From contig DASXRT010000062.1 in NCBI GenBank assembly GCA_036506455.1, positions 1 through 63,805 of the forward strand: 63,805 bases of DNA. The letters run 5' to 3'. The notes below the pieces were generated by a model. It saw nothing but the letters and a program-made list of their open reading frames with translations, was not told the DNA's origin and did no database searches. The stretch is from Thermoanaerobaculia bacterium (lineage in GTDB: Bacteria > Acidobacteriota > Thermoanaerobaculia > Gp7-AA8). How positions within the stretch are numbered: position 1 is the stretch's first letter; the number at the start of each line of letters is the position of its first letter. This document shows, piece after piece, positions 44,721-54,640 of this stretch. A program made the translations under genes and the position numbers.

Positions 44721-45695
44721 TTAGAATTTACCGCGCGGCACCTTCAACGATCCGCTGCGAATTTCCCGCTCCAATCGTGCAACCTCCGCCACCGTCCCCG
44801 GCGCGATCGTTCCCTTCAGCTTCTCGTTCCAAACGATCGAGACGATTCCTTCCTTCATCCCGAGAGCCTGGATCCGCGGCACGAACTTGTGATCGCGCAC
44901 GAGCGTGGCGATCCGGACGAACGCCGCGGGCACATCGAGGACGGCCGAGGCGACGATGACGTCGGGGGCGAGGTCGTTCTGGTTCTTGTTCGAGCCGAAG
45001 CAGCGCACCTTGCGCTCCGAGCAGGCCTGAAAGACGCCGCGCCCCGCTTCGTTGGCCTGATGAAAGATGAAGTCGCAGCCGGCGTTGATCAGCGACAGAG
45101 TCGCCAGCTTCGCCGCGCCGACATCATCGAAGTTGCCGGTGTAGACCTCCTTGACTTCGAACGCCGGCTTCACCGACTGCGCACCCGCTTTGAACGCGAG
45201 GAACGTCGATGCGATCGACGGCAGATTGATGCCGCCGATCACTCCGGCCTTTCCCGTCTTCGATTCGCGTGCGGCGATGACGCCGAGAAGATATGTGGCC
45301 TGTTCGAGCTCGAAGACCATCGGCGCGACGTTCTTCGCGACCGAACTTCCGGATGTTGTGATGAACACCGTGTTCGGGTATTGCTTGCCGGCGGCCAGGG
45401 CCGCGTCTTGAAACTCGAAGCCATGGCCGAACGCGAGATCGAATCCGCGCGCGCCGTACGAGCGGAAGCCCTCTTCGAACTCTGCCGGCGACTTCGTCTC
45501 CTGATGCGAGATCTCCGCACCGAGCTGCTGTTTGATCCGGAGCAGGCCTTCGTAAGCGATGGCGTTCCAGCCGTTGTCGTTGATGGAACCGGGCGTGAGG
45601 AGGCCGACCTTCAAGATTTTCGGTTGTCGGTTTTCGGTGATCGGTTGCTGACAGGCGAATGTGAGGACGGCAAACAACAGAACAGCACGTTTCAT
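44721..45695 (-). CDS. BMP-family ABC transporter substrate-binding lipoprotein (PnrA/Med-like)
   Basis: Lipobox LTFAC. GSINDNGWN and a periplasmic binding fold of 324 aa. Confidence 0.85.
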   Translation of the reverse strand: MKRAVLLFAVLTFACQQPITENRQPKILKVGLLTPGSINDNGWNAIAYEGLLRIKQQLGAEISHQETKSPAEFEEGFRSYGARGFDLAFGHGFEFQDAALAAGKQYPNTVFITTSGSSVAKNVAPMVFELEQATYLLGVIAARESKTGKAGVIGGINLPSIASTFLAFKAGAQSVKPAFEVKEVYTGNFDDVGAAKLATLSLINAGCDFIFHQANEAGRGVFQACSERKVRCFGSNKNQNDLAPDVIVASAVLDVPAAFVRIATLVRDHKFVPRIQALGMKEGIVSIVWNEKLKGTIAPGTVAEVARLEREIRSGSLKVPRGKF

Positions 45696-45704
45696 CGCTT
45701 CGAT

Positions 45705-45734
45705 GCTAACAGCTAAGAGCTAACAGCTAAGAGC
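45705..45734. repeat. orphan tandem repeat GCTAACAGCTAAGA x2 (heptamers GCTAACA/GCTAAGA)
   Basis: Read directly in the divergent intergenic region 45696-45773. Confidence 0.65.
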
Positions 45735-45773
45735 TTGGTTGTGATACACCAGCGCTCTCACAAGGAGAGTCCC

Positions 45774-45968
45774 ATGGACGACATCGATCGCGACGACGAG
45801 GACGATTACGATGACGAGCAGATCGAGCAGATGATCATCGACAACGGCATCCTTCTGCACAGTCTGGCCACGCTTCTCGTGCGAAAAGGCATCCTCAAAC
45901 AGGAAGAGATCGACTCGGAGATGGACCGCCTCTACGACGAGATGGAAAGCTTCGATCAGCAGAGCTGA
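45774..45968 (+). CDS. small highly acidic hypothetical protein (64 aa)
   Basis: ATG 45774 after AAGGAGAG. Sequence MDDIDRDDEDDYDDEQIEQM..., then a helical C-terminal part. Confidence 0.5.
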   Translation: MDDIDRDDEDDYDDEQIEQMIIDNGILLHSLATLLVRKGILKQEEIDSEMDRLYDEMESFDQQS

Positions 45969-46044
45969 GGGAATGGGAATAGAGGCTTGCTAAAGCTGTT
46001 TGCGCGTGAGACATAGCCGCGAAAAATCCACACGAGGAATGTCC

Positions 46045-47661
46045 ATGAAATCAATCATCCGTACTCTGATTGCCTGCATTGCCTTGGCGATCATCGCCGG
46101 CAGCGCGTTCGCGCAACTTTCGCCGGAGGTTCAGAACTGGGCCAGGGGCCCCGTGCAGTTCATCCTGTCGCCTGAAGAGCAGTCGAAATGGAACCAGATC
46201 AAGACCGACGCCGACGCCAAAGCGTTCATCGATCTGTTCTGGGCTCGCCGCGATCCGACGCCGGGCACGCCGGTCAATGAATATCGCGACAGCTTCGATT
46301 CCGCGGTGAAGTATGCCGACGACCATTTCTCCGAAGGACGTCGCAAAGGATCACTCACCGAGCGCGCCCGCATCCTCATCCTCCTCGGCGCACCGTCGCG
46401 CATCGAGAGAACGGGCGGTTCGGCCTCATCGATCGCCATGCCGGGCGAAGGCACCCGCACGACCGACCAGCAGCAGATCCCGACGCAGATCTGGGTCTAC
46501 GAGACGGGCAAGAGTCCTATTCTCGGAAACCAGCCGTTGCGCGTCGCATTCGCTGATCAGTTCCAGAACAATACGTGGACGCTGCAACGCGGTGGCGGCA
46601 TCGACGTGGCCGATCTGACGCGCCGCTCGCTTCAGGCGACGATCGTGAACCCGAATCTGACAGAGGTGCCGAAACCGCAGGCTGCACCTGCGGCCGAACG
46701 AGCACCCTCTTCGCAGCAATCGCTGCCGACCATGACGCCTGCGGCGGCCAGCATCGGCGCGTTCAAGACCGAATCGCTGAAGACGGCGGTCGAGCAGTTC
46801 AAGACGGCGAAGACGAATCCGTACAAATCCGCCGGCATCACGTACACGGAGCTGCTTTCGCCGACGGGCGATTACTACGTGCCCCTCCAGCTCTACGTCC
46901 CGAAGCCGGCGGGTCTCACCGCCGAGCAGGTGACGACGTTCTTCGGCACGATCGAGGATTCATCAGGGAATGCCGTCGCCATCTTCGAAGAGCCGGCGAC
47001 ACTCTCGACCTCCAACGGTGATCTCTTTTTCGACCGTTCCCTGACGAACTTGAAGCCGGGGACGTACAAAGCGACGCTCGGTCTGTCCGACAAGGACAAC
47101 AAGCCGGTCGTGATGACCACGCAGACGATCGAGCTCAAACCGCTCGCGAAGGAGCAGGCCGGCATCTCCCGGCTCGTGCTCGCCAGCGATGTCCATCAGA
47201 CCGACACGGCCGCGCTGGCCGGCGCGCCGTACGCGTTCGGCCGCGTGAAGATCGTTCCGAAAGGCGATCACGTCTTCTCGAACAAGGATGAGATCACCTA
47301 CTTCGTCGAGGTCGTCAATCCCGGGATCGACCCGGCCACGAACATGCCGAAGCTGCAGGTGAAGCTCGAACTGGTCGGCGCCGGAACGAAGGACAAGCCC
47401 GGCCGCACGATCAGCGCGCCGATCACCGACGCCACGCCGCTACCGCTGACCGGTGCTCCGGGCGTGGGACAGTACGCGATCATGGCCGGCATTCCGCTCG
47501 GCGAGATGAAGACACCGCTTCCTGCCGGCGACTACACGCTGCGCGTGAAGGTCTACGATCAGGTGAGCAAGCAAAGCTGGACGGCGGAGCAGAGTCTGAA
47601 GCTGGCGGCGATTGCGCCGGCGGCTGCGCCCGCCGCAGCAACGACGACGTCGTCGAAGTAA
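46045..47661 (+). CDS. GWxTD-domain secreted protein, paralog 1
   Basis: Signal MKSIIRTLIACIALAIIAGSAFA. FWARRDPTPGTPVNEYRDSF...GSLTERARILILLGAPS is the typical GWxTD-family core. Confidence 0.75.
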   Translation: MKSIIRTLIACIALAIIAGSAFAQLSPEVQNWARGPVQFILSPEEQSKWNQIKTDADAKAFIDLFWARRDPTPGTPVNEYRDSFDSAVKYADDHFSEGRRKGSLTERARILILLGAPSRIERTGGSASSIAMPGEGTRTTDQQQIPTQIWVYETGKSPILGNQPLRVAFADQFQNNTWTLQRGGGIDVADLTRRSLQATIVNPNLTEVPKPQAAPAAERAPSSQQSLPTMTPAAASIGAFKTESLKTAVEQFKTAKTNPYKSAGITYTELLSPTGDYYVPLQLYVPKPAGLTAEQVTTFFGTIEDSSGNAVAIFEEPATLSTSNGDLFFDRSLTNLKPGTYKATLGLSDKDNKPVVMTTQTIELKPLAKEQAGISRLVLASDVHQTDTAALAGAPYAFGRVKIVPKGDHVFSNKDEITYFVEVVNPGIDPATNMPKLQVKLELVGAGTKDKPGRTISAPITDATPLPLTGAPGVGQYAIMAGIPLGEMKTPLPAGDYTLRVKVYDQVSKQSWTAEQSLKLAAIAPAAAPAAATTTSSK

Positions 47662-47666
47662 TTGTC

Positions 47667-47747
47667 AGGTCGTAGGTCGTCGGTCGTAGGTCGTGGGGGC
47701 CTTTTGGCGCTGAAGCCCCCACGACCTACGACCTACGACCCACGACC
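47667..47747. repeat. heptamer-array hairpin, unit GGTCGTR, copy 2 (near-identical core to 44641-44720)
   Basis: AGGTCGTAGGTCGTCGGTCGTAGGTCGTGGGGG-CCTTTTGGCGCTGAAG-CCCCCACGACCTACGACCTACGACCCACGACC, in the same orientation as copy 1. Confidence 0.85.
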
Positions 47748-47754
47748 AAACACC

Positions 47755-48882
47755 ATGATCCGCACGCTGGCCGCACTCCTGATCGCGCTCCCCCTCGCCG
47801 CGCAATCCAATCCACGCGCTTTCGCCAACGGACCGGCGAAGTGGTTGATGACGGCCGACGAGCAGCAGGCCTGGCGAAAGGTCAAGACCGACGACGAGGC
47901 ACGCGATCTCATGGATCTGTTCTTCGCCCGCCGTGATCCGACGCCCGGCACTCCGCGCAACGAGTTCCGAACCGAGTTCGAATCGCGGGTGGCATTCGCG
48001 GACAGGCAATTCAAGGAAGGCGATGTCCGCGGCTCACTCACCGAGCGCGGACGAACTCTCATCGTCCTCGGATTTCCGCGGAACCTGGACGTGCAGGCAT
48101 CGCATCAAAGCAGCCAATCCGGCAACGTACAGGGTTTCGATCCGAACGATCCCACCGGCGGCCGGCAGATGGCGGCGAAAGACGTCTGGACGTACACGCA
48201 CGAAGCGGCAGCGAAGTTCGGCGTTCCGAAGATCGAAGTCGTGTTCATTCATGACTTCACGGGTGATCGCGTGCATCGCGATCCGCAGCGCACCGACTTC
48301 ACGATGGCGCTGCCGGGCGCGATCAGGAGCTACATCGTTTCTCCCGATCTGACGACGGTTCCGGAGTGGGCGGCGTCGCGCCTGACGGACGATCGCACGA
48401 TCGTGCCCGCGCAGGAATCTGCCCAAACGAGTACGACGGAGACGGTGAAGAAGACGCAGACCATCATCGACGCTCCGCGTCCGATTGCCAGGCCCGCTGG
48501 CGCCGGAAAGCTGACGCTGCTCGCGGACACCAATTCGTTGAAACCACAAAGCGGCGCGGATCCCTTCGTGATCGCGTCGCTTGATCACTTCAAAAAGGAT
48601 CAGGACCTCGGCTGGGCTGCCGAATACTGCAGCGGCGTGATCTCGGAGAATGCCCTGCCTGTGAAAGTTCAGTTGAAGCTGGCCGGCAAGGACGGCACGA
48701 TCTCGTCCGATCCCGAAGAATACGTCCCCGATTCGATCAAGGCGTCGCCCGGTTGCTACCTGCTCCGCGGGAGTGTTCCTCTCAGTGACGTCGATCCCGG
48801 CTCATACACGCTGACCGTCGCCATCACCGGCACCGGCGGGCAGCAGAGCTACAATCTCACCCGCGAACTTCGAGTCGAGTAA
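47755..48882 (+). CDS. GWxTD-domain secreted protein, paralog 2
   Basis: ATG 47755 gives the signal MIRTLAALLIALPLAAQ. FFARRDPTPGTPRNEFRTEF...GSLTERGRTLIVLGFP. Confidence 0.75.
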   Translation: MIRTLAALLIALPLAAQSNPRAFANGPAKWLMTADEQQAWRKVKTDDEARDLMDLFFARRDPTPGTPRNEFRTEFESRVAFADRQFKEGDVRGSLTERGRTLIVLGFPRNLDVQASHQSSQSGNVQGFDPNDPTGGRQMAAKDVWTYTHEAAAKFGVPKIEVVFIHDFTGDRVHRDPQRTDFTMALPGAIRSYIVSPDLTTVPEWAASRLTDDRTIVPAQESAQTSTTETVKKTQTIIDAPRPIARPAGAGKLTLLADTNSLKPQSGADPFVIASLDHFKKDQDLGWAAEYCSGVISENALPVKVQLKLAGKDGTISSDPEEYVPDSIKASPGCYLLRGSVPLSDVDPGSYTLTVAITGTGGQQSYNLTRELRVE

Positions 48883-48885
48883 ACC

Positions 48886-50088
<1,203 letters not shown>

Positions 50089-50089
50089 G

Positions 50090-50152
50090 GTGCTGAGTGC
50101 TGAGTGCTGGGTGCTGAGTCCCACCCAGCACTCAGCACCCAGCACTCAGCAC
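50090..50152. repeat. heptamer-array hairpin, unit GTGCTGA (4 units, short loop, 4 complementary units)
   Basis: GTGCTGAGTGCTGAGTGCTGGGTGCTGAGT-CCCA-CCCAGCACTCAGCACCCAGCACTCAGCAC. It fills the ribBA to next-gene spacer. Confidence 0.85.
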
Positions 50153-50154
50153 AT

Positions 50155-50859
50155 ATGACGGCACACACCGGTCCCATCCTTGAAGGCCGCGGCGAGACCG
50201 ATTACGAGCGTTACGTCCGCGTTCCCGAGCTCCTCGAGCTGCAAAAACCGGTCGAGAAGCTCGTCAATCCTGACGAGGCTCTGTTTCAGACAACGCATCA
50301 GGCGGCGGAGCTGTGGCTCAAACAGATCGATTACGAGCTGCACCGCGTGGCCGAGGCGATCGGTCGCGAGCAACTGAACCTTGCCGCGGATCTGCTCGTC
50401 CGTTGCCGCCTGTTGATCGACCTCCTGCGCGAGCAGATCATCATCCTCGAGACGATGGCGCCGGTCGACTACCACGAGTTCCGGGTCGGCGCGCTGGGGC
50501 GGGGGAGTGGGCAGGAGTCGCCCGGATTCAACAAACTGCTCGAGGCGGGAAAGCTGATCTGGCCGCGCTTCGAAGAGCTGCTGCGCAGGCGCTCCGTCAC
50601 CGTGATCGAGATCGAACGCGATCCGCGCACCCACTACGAGGTGTTTCGCCTGATTCAGGCACTGCTCGACTACGACGAAGCATTCATGAAATGGCGATTC
50701 ACGCACATGCGGCTGGCTTTCCGAATCATCGGCTCGAAAGTGCTGTCGCTCAAGGGCGTGCCGGCCGCGCAACTCGAGTCGGGGACACGCGAGCCGCTTT
50801 TCCCCGAGCTGTGGGACACGATCTCGGCGCTCACCAGTGAGTTCAAACCGTCGTACTAG
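50155..50859 (+). CDS. tryptophan 2,3-dioxygenase family protein
   Basis: ATG 50155. DYERYVRVPELLELQKP...DEALFQTTHQAAELWLK matches the TDO helical core. At 234 aa it is shorter than typical KynA. Confidence 0.7.
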   Translation: MTAHTGPILEGRGETDYERYVRVPELLELQKPVEKLVNPDEALFQTTHQAAELWLKQIDYELHRVAEAIGREQLNLAADLLVRCRLLIDLLREQIIILETMAPVDYHEFRVGALGRGSGQESPGFNKLLEAGKLIWPRFEELLRRRSVTVIEIERDPRTHYEVFRLIQALLDYDEAFMKWRFTHMRLAFRIIGSKVLSLKGVPAAQLESGTREPLFPELWDTISALTSEFKPSY

Positions 50860-50864
50860 TGATT

Positions 50865-50943
50865 CGCGGTTGGTCGTTCGTAGTTGGTAGCTGGTGCCTC
50901 CTGCCCAAAGGCATCAGCTACCCGCGACCAACTACCAGCTACG
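50865..50943. repeat. imperfect heptamer-array hairpin (units GGTTGGT CGTTCGT AGTTGGT AGCTGGT / complementary)
   Basis: Left arm 50868-50898, loop about 11 nt, right arm 50910-50943. Several mismatches. Confidence 0.65.
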
Positions 50944-51037
50944 GTTTCTTTCCACCCTAAATGGCTGTCTAACCCACAGCCGTGACGTAAAGTTTTTTTG
51001 AGCGAACTTTTTTCCCTAAGACTTCTGGTTTCAGCGC

Positions 51038-51066
51038 TTGACGGTGAAAAACGCGATCTGTATATT
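51038..51066 (+). promoter_or_regulatory. candidate sigma-70 type promoter of the TPR-TonB-ExbBD operon
   Basis: TTGACG (51038-51043), 17-nt spacer, TATATT (51061-51066), in an unusually AT-rich 215-nt intergenic region about 95 nt upstream of ATG 51160. Confidence 0.5.
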
Positions 51067-51159
51067 CGCCAGCCACATTGCCTGGAGCGGGCCAGCCAAC
51101 AGCCTGACAGCGTCCCGCGGAATCAGTTCGCGAACGACAACCTGGGAGTTCTGAGCTAA

Positions 51160-51984
51160 ATGAAAACGAAGTTGTGCCTTTTCATGGCACTCTCACTTTC
51201 CTTTTTATCCCTCACCAGTTGTCGGAAAGTGGAAGCGCGGATGGAGATCCGCGAAGCGAACAACGCCTACAACCACGAAGACTACAAGGCCGCGCTCGCG
51301 CACTACACGAAGGCGCGACAGATCGATCCGAAGAGCTTTCCCGAGCTGGAGCGGATGATCGGCTACTCCCGTATCGGGATGTACGTTCCGGAAGACAAGT
51401 CGCCGGCCAACGAGAAGAACGCGGACCTGGCCGCGGCCGATCTGCGCCGATATCTGCAGAAGCGTCCCGATGACCGCATCGCCCGCGAGGCGCTGATCAA
51501 TTTGTATCTCAACGCGAACCGCCAGAGCGAAGCGATCAACTACTTCCGCGAATGGCTGAAGACGCATCCCGCCGACATCGAAGCCGTGCGGTCGATCGCC
51601 ACGCTCTATTCGAAGCAGGGGAACTTCAACGAATCGCTGAACTGGTACGAGAAGATCACCCTGCTCGACAAGAACAACCCCGAAGCGTTCTATTTCTACG
51701 GGGTGGTCTGTTTCGACAAAGTGTTAAAGAATCCGCCTGCGGATCCGGCGGAGAAGATGGCCATCATCATGAAAGGCGAAGCGGCATTGCAGCGCGCCAT
51801 CAACATGAGGCCGAATTACGCCGACGCGATCATCTATCTCAGTCTGTTCTATCGCCAGCAGGCGCTCATGGAGACCGATCCAGTCAAGCAGCAAGCCCTG
51901 CTCGCGCAGGCGGACCAGTTGCGAAACAAATACATCGAGATCAAGAAGGCGGAAAAGGCTGCGGCCGCGCAAAAGAAGAGCTAA
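51160..51984 (+). CDS. TPR-repeat lipoprotein
   Basis: Lipobox LSLTSC. TPR-like repeats (YKAALAHYTKARQIDP, NESLNWYEKITLLDKNNPEAFY). Confidence 0.7.
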   Translation: MKTKLCLFMALSLSFLSLTSCRKVEARMEIREANNAYNHEDYKAALAHYTKARQIDPKSFPELERMIGYSRIGMYVPEDKSPANEKNADLAAADLRRYLQKRPDDRIAREALINLYLNANRQSEAINYFREWLKTHPADIEAVRSIATLYSKQGNFNESLNWYEKITLLDKNNPEAFYFYGVVCFDKVLKNPPADPAEKMAIIMKGEAALQRAINMRPNYADAIIYLSLFYRQQALMETDPVKQQALLAQADQLRNKYIEIKKAEKAAAAQKKS

Positions 51985-51990
51985 CCGACA

Positions 51991-52725
51991 ATGTTCGAAA
52001 CCACAGTCGTCGAGTCGCGCAAACACAGGGCCGGGATCCAGAAGTACATGACGCTCCCGGTTTCCATCGCGCTGCACGTGATCGTCATCGCCGGCACGCT
52101 CTTCGGCGCCATCTGGACCGTCGATTTTCCGAACAACTCGCCGGCGCAGGTCGCGCAATATTCGGTTGCCGCTGCCCCGCCGCCCCCGCCCCCTCCACCG
52201 CCCCCACCCAAAGCCGCTCCGAAAGTCGAGCCGGTCAAGCCGGTCGAAGTTCCCAAGGACATTCAGAACCTCGCGCCTACTGTGGTGCCCGATCAGATCA
52301 AGCCGGTCGAGACGCCGGCGACCGTTCAGGGTGCCTCGAGTGGTGTGGAAGGGGGGGTGGAAGGCGGCGTGGAGGGCGGTGTCGTCGGCGGTGTCGTCGG
52401 CGGCGTCATCACCGACACGGCGCCGAAACCGGAGGTGCCGCTGCGCGTCGGCGGCGATGTGAAGGCGCCGGTGGTCATCACCCGCGTCGAGCCGACGTAT
52501 CCGGAGGTGGCGCGCAAGGCGCGCATCGCCGGCATCGTCATCGTGGAGTGCATCATCGACAAGACCGGCAACGTCACGAACGTGCAGGTGCTCAAGCCGC
52601 TGCCGTTCGGCCTCGATCAAGCCGCGGTCGACGCGGTGAAGCGCTGGAAGTTCAAACCGGGGACGCTCAACGGCCAGCCGGTCGATGTCATCTTCAACCT
52701 GACCGTCAACTTCAAACTGAATTAA
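51991..52725 (+). CDS. tonB: energy transducer TonB
   Basis: N-terminal TM, Pro-rich linker (P x12, KAAPKVEPVKPVE), and a C-terminal TonB_C domain (YPEVARKARIAGIVIVECIIDKTGNV...AVKRWKFKPG). Confidence 0.85.
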   Translation: MFETTVVESRKHRAGIQKYMTLPVSIALHVIVIAGTLFGAIWTVDFPNNSPAQVAQYSVAAAPPPPPPPPPPPKAAPKVEPVKPVEVPKDIQNLAPTVVPDQIKPVETPATVQGASSGVEGGVEGGVEGGVVGGVVGGVITDTAPKPEVPLRVGGDVKAPVVITRVEPTYPEVARKARIAGIVIVECIIDKTGNVTNVQVLKPLPFGLDQAAVDAVKRWKFKPGTLNGQPVDVIFNLTVNFKLN

Positions 52726-52776
52726 AGAAACGCGCGTCCGGCCGTGAGGCCGGATTCGCGATGGAGGAACCACACC

Positions 52777-53472
52777 ATGGATATGAGTCCCACCGCGTTA
52801 TGGCATTCGATGGGCAACATGGCCAAGGGCGTCGTCTTCGTCTTGCTCATCATGTCGATCTACTCGATCTGGGTCATGGTCGAGCGCTACCTGGTCTTCA
52901 CGAAGGCGAAGAATCAGTCGGTCAAGCTCCTCGGAGCGCTGTCGAACCTTCTGACGCGCGGAGACTACGGTCAGGCCATCGAGGTCACGAAGAAGTACAA
53001 GGACAGCCATCTGGCGAAGGTCATTGCCGCCGGTCTTCTCGAGTTCGAAGCGACGCGCCGTGACAAACGGACCGGCGATATCGAGGTGGCCGTCGAAGCG
53101 GCCCGACAGGGCATGGACCGCACGGCCATGATCACCGTCGCTGAGATGAAAGAGAATCTCGGCGTGCTCGCGACGATCGGTGCCACCGCGCCCTTCGTCG
53201 GACTGTTCGGAACCGTCATCGGGATCATCAACGCGTTCGGCAAGATGGCTACTTCCGGTGGCGGCATCGCCTCGGTTTCGGCCGGTATCGCCGAAGCTCT
53301 CGTCACGACGGCGTTCGGTCTGTTCGTCGCGATTCCCGCGGTTTGGGCCTACAACTACTTCCAGAACCGCATCGACCGCTTCACTGTCGAGATGTCCAAC
53401 TCCGGCTCGGAGATGTCCATCTACTTCATGAAGGAAGCGGGGGCCGCGCATGATAAGTCATCGGTGGCATAG
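52777..53472 (+). CDS. exbB: MotA/TolQ/ExbB proton-channel protein
   Basis: ATG 52777 after GGAGGA. Conserved LATIGATAPFVGLFGTVIGII and AEALVTTAFGL. Confidence 0.9.
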   Translation: MDMSPTALWHSMGNMAKGVVFVLLIMSIYSIWVMVERYLVFTKAKNQSVKLLGALSNLLTRGDYGQAIEVTKKYKDSHLAKVIAAGLLEFEATRRDKRTGDIEVAVEAARQGMDRTAMITVAEMKENLGVLATIGATAPFVGLFGTVIGIINAFGKMATSGGGIASVSAGIAEALVTTAFGLFVAIPAVWAYNYFQNRIDRFTVEMSNSGSEMSIYFMKEAGAAHDKSSVA

Positions 53473-53899
53473 CTCAGTCGGCAAGTTTCAGAAGGCGGCG
53501 ATGAACTCGGAGATCAACGTCACTCCGCTTGTCGACGTGTGTCTCGTGCTGCTGATCATCTTCATGGTCGTCACGCCCATGCTGCAGAAAGGCGTGCCGA
53601 TCAACCTGCCGGTCACCGAAGAGCCGGAACGGACGCCCGACACCGAGAAGCAGCTCCAGATCTCGGTCAAAGCCGACGGCTCGGTCTATCTAGGCTCGAG
53701 CGTCGTGCGCAAAGATCAGGTGCAGTCCGAATTGGAACAGATCCATCAGCGCACTCCCGATCGCGAGATCGCCGTCAAGGGCGACAAGATGGTGAAGTAC
53801 GGCGACGTTCTCGACGTCCTGAAAGCCTGTCGTGAGGTCGGCTTCAACGATGTCGGTCTCATCGCCCAGCCGAAGAAGGCGCCCGGTCAAGGAACATAA
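53450..53899 (+). CDS. exbD: ExbD/TolR family protein 1
   Basis: EINVTPLVDVCLVLLIIFMV is the motif. Alternative start ATG 53501. Confidence 0.85.
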   Translation: MISHRWHSSVGKFQKAAMNSEINVTPLVDVCLVLLIIFMVVTPMLQKGVPINLPVTEEPERTPDTEKQLQISVKADGSVYLGSSVVRKDQVQSELEQIHQRTPDREIAVKGDKMVKYGDVLDVLKACREVGFNDVGLIAQPKKAPGQGT

Positions 53900-53902
53900 C
53901 CC

Positions 53903-54316
53903 ATGCAAGTAGGTGGCAGCGGTACCGTCAAATCCGACATCAACGTCACGCCGCTCGTCGACGTTGTGCTTGTGCTTCTGATCATCTTCATGGTCATCAC
54001 GCCCGTCGTGCAGATGGGTTACCTGGTGCGCGTTCCGCCGAAGGCGCCGTCGAACCTTCCTCCCTCGGCGATTCAGGATCAGATCGTCCTGCGCCTCGCG
54101 GCGAACAATCGCGTCTTCATCAACAAGGAAGAGATGACCATGGAGCAGTTCCCGAATCGCATTCGCGACATCCTCAAAGGGAACACCAGCAAGATGGTGT
54201 TTTTCTCCGGCGGCCGCGATGTCGACTACGAATCCACGATGACGTTCCTCGACCTCGCCCGCGCCAGCGGCTGCAAGAACATCGGCATCATCGTCGAGGA
54301 CGTGGCGCAGCAGTAG
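53903..54316 (+). CDS. exbD: ExbD/TolR family protein 2
   Basis: DINVTPLVDVVLVLLIIFMV is the motif. Confidence 0.85.
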   Translation: MQVGGSGTVKSDINVTPLVDVVLVLLIIFMVITPVVQMGYLVRVPPKAPSNLPPSAIQDQIVLRLAANNRVFINKEEMTMEQFPNRIRDILKGNTSKMVFFSGGRDVDYESTMTFLDLARASGCKNIGIIVEDVAQQ

Positions 54317-54321
54317 GTGTA

Positions 54322-54402
54322 GGGCCGGTTTCTCGACCGGCCCGTCCGGCGTTTCGCAACCCGCCGGTTTAATAAGCCGGCGCCTACCGCATTTTTGTTT
54401 TT
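54322..54402 (+). terminator. two hairpins after exbD2, the second followed by a T-rich tract
   Basis: GGGCCGG-TTTCTCGA-CCGGCCC (54322-54343). CGCCGG-loop-CCGGCG (54362-54382), then ATTTTTGTTTTT (54390-54401). Confidence 0.45.
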
Positions 54403-54640
54403 CCCTCACCATTTTCGTAGGTATGGACTTACGTACCAACGTCACCCCATAGGCAACAGCCAAATCGTTTCCTATCTCTCGGCATCCGGCGCGGCAACAA
54501 CGCTTGATCTGTCTGGCGACAGCGTTCATCCGTCGGCATACGACGGTAGCGTACCGGGGGAAAGCCTCGTCTTGCCGCGCCCCTCCGATCCTCTTACGCA
54601 AGCGTCCTCTCTCACAACAACCAGTTTGATGGAGGTGCTC

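Noticed and set aside
48883-48885. FMN riboswitch upstream of ribBA
   Set aside because: ribBA starts 3 nt after the preceding stop, so there is no room for a riboswitch. None is recognisable further upstream inside the GWxTD gene.
52163-52202. GC-rich CCN run (12 Pro codons) in tonB
   Set aside because: It is the normal proline-rich linker of TonB, not a non-coding repeat or mobile element.
51552-53063. 503-aa plus-strand ORF and the 349-aa minus-strand ORF 51724-52773
   Set aside because: Both are out of frame or antisense to the TPR, TonB and ExbB genes, which have clear family motifs. Their translations are Arg/Gly/His-rich with no motifs.
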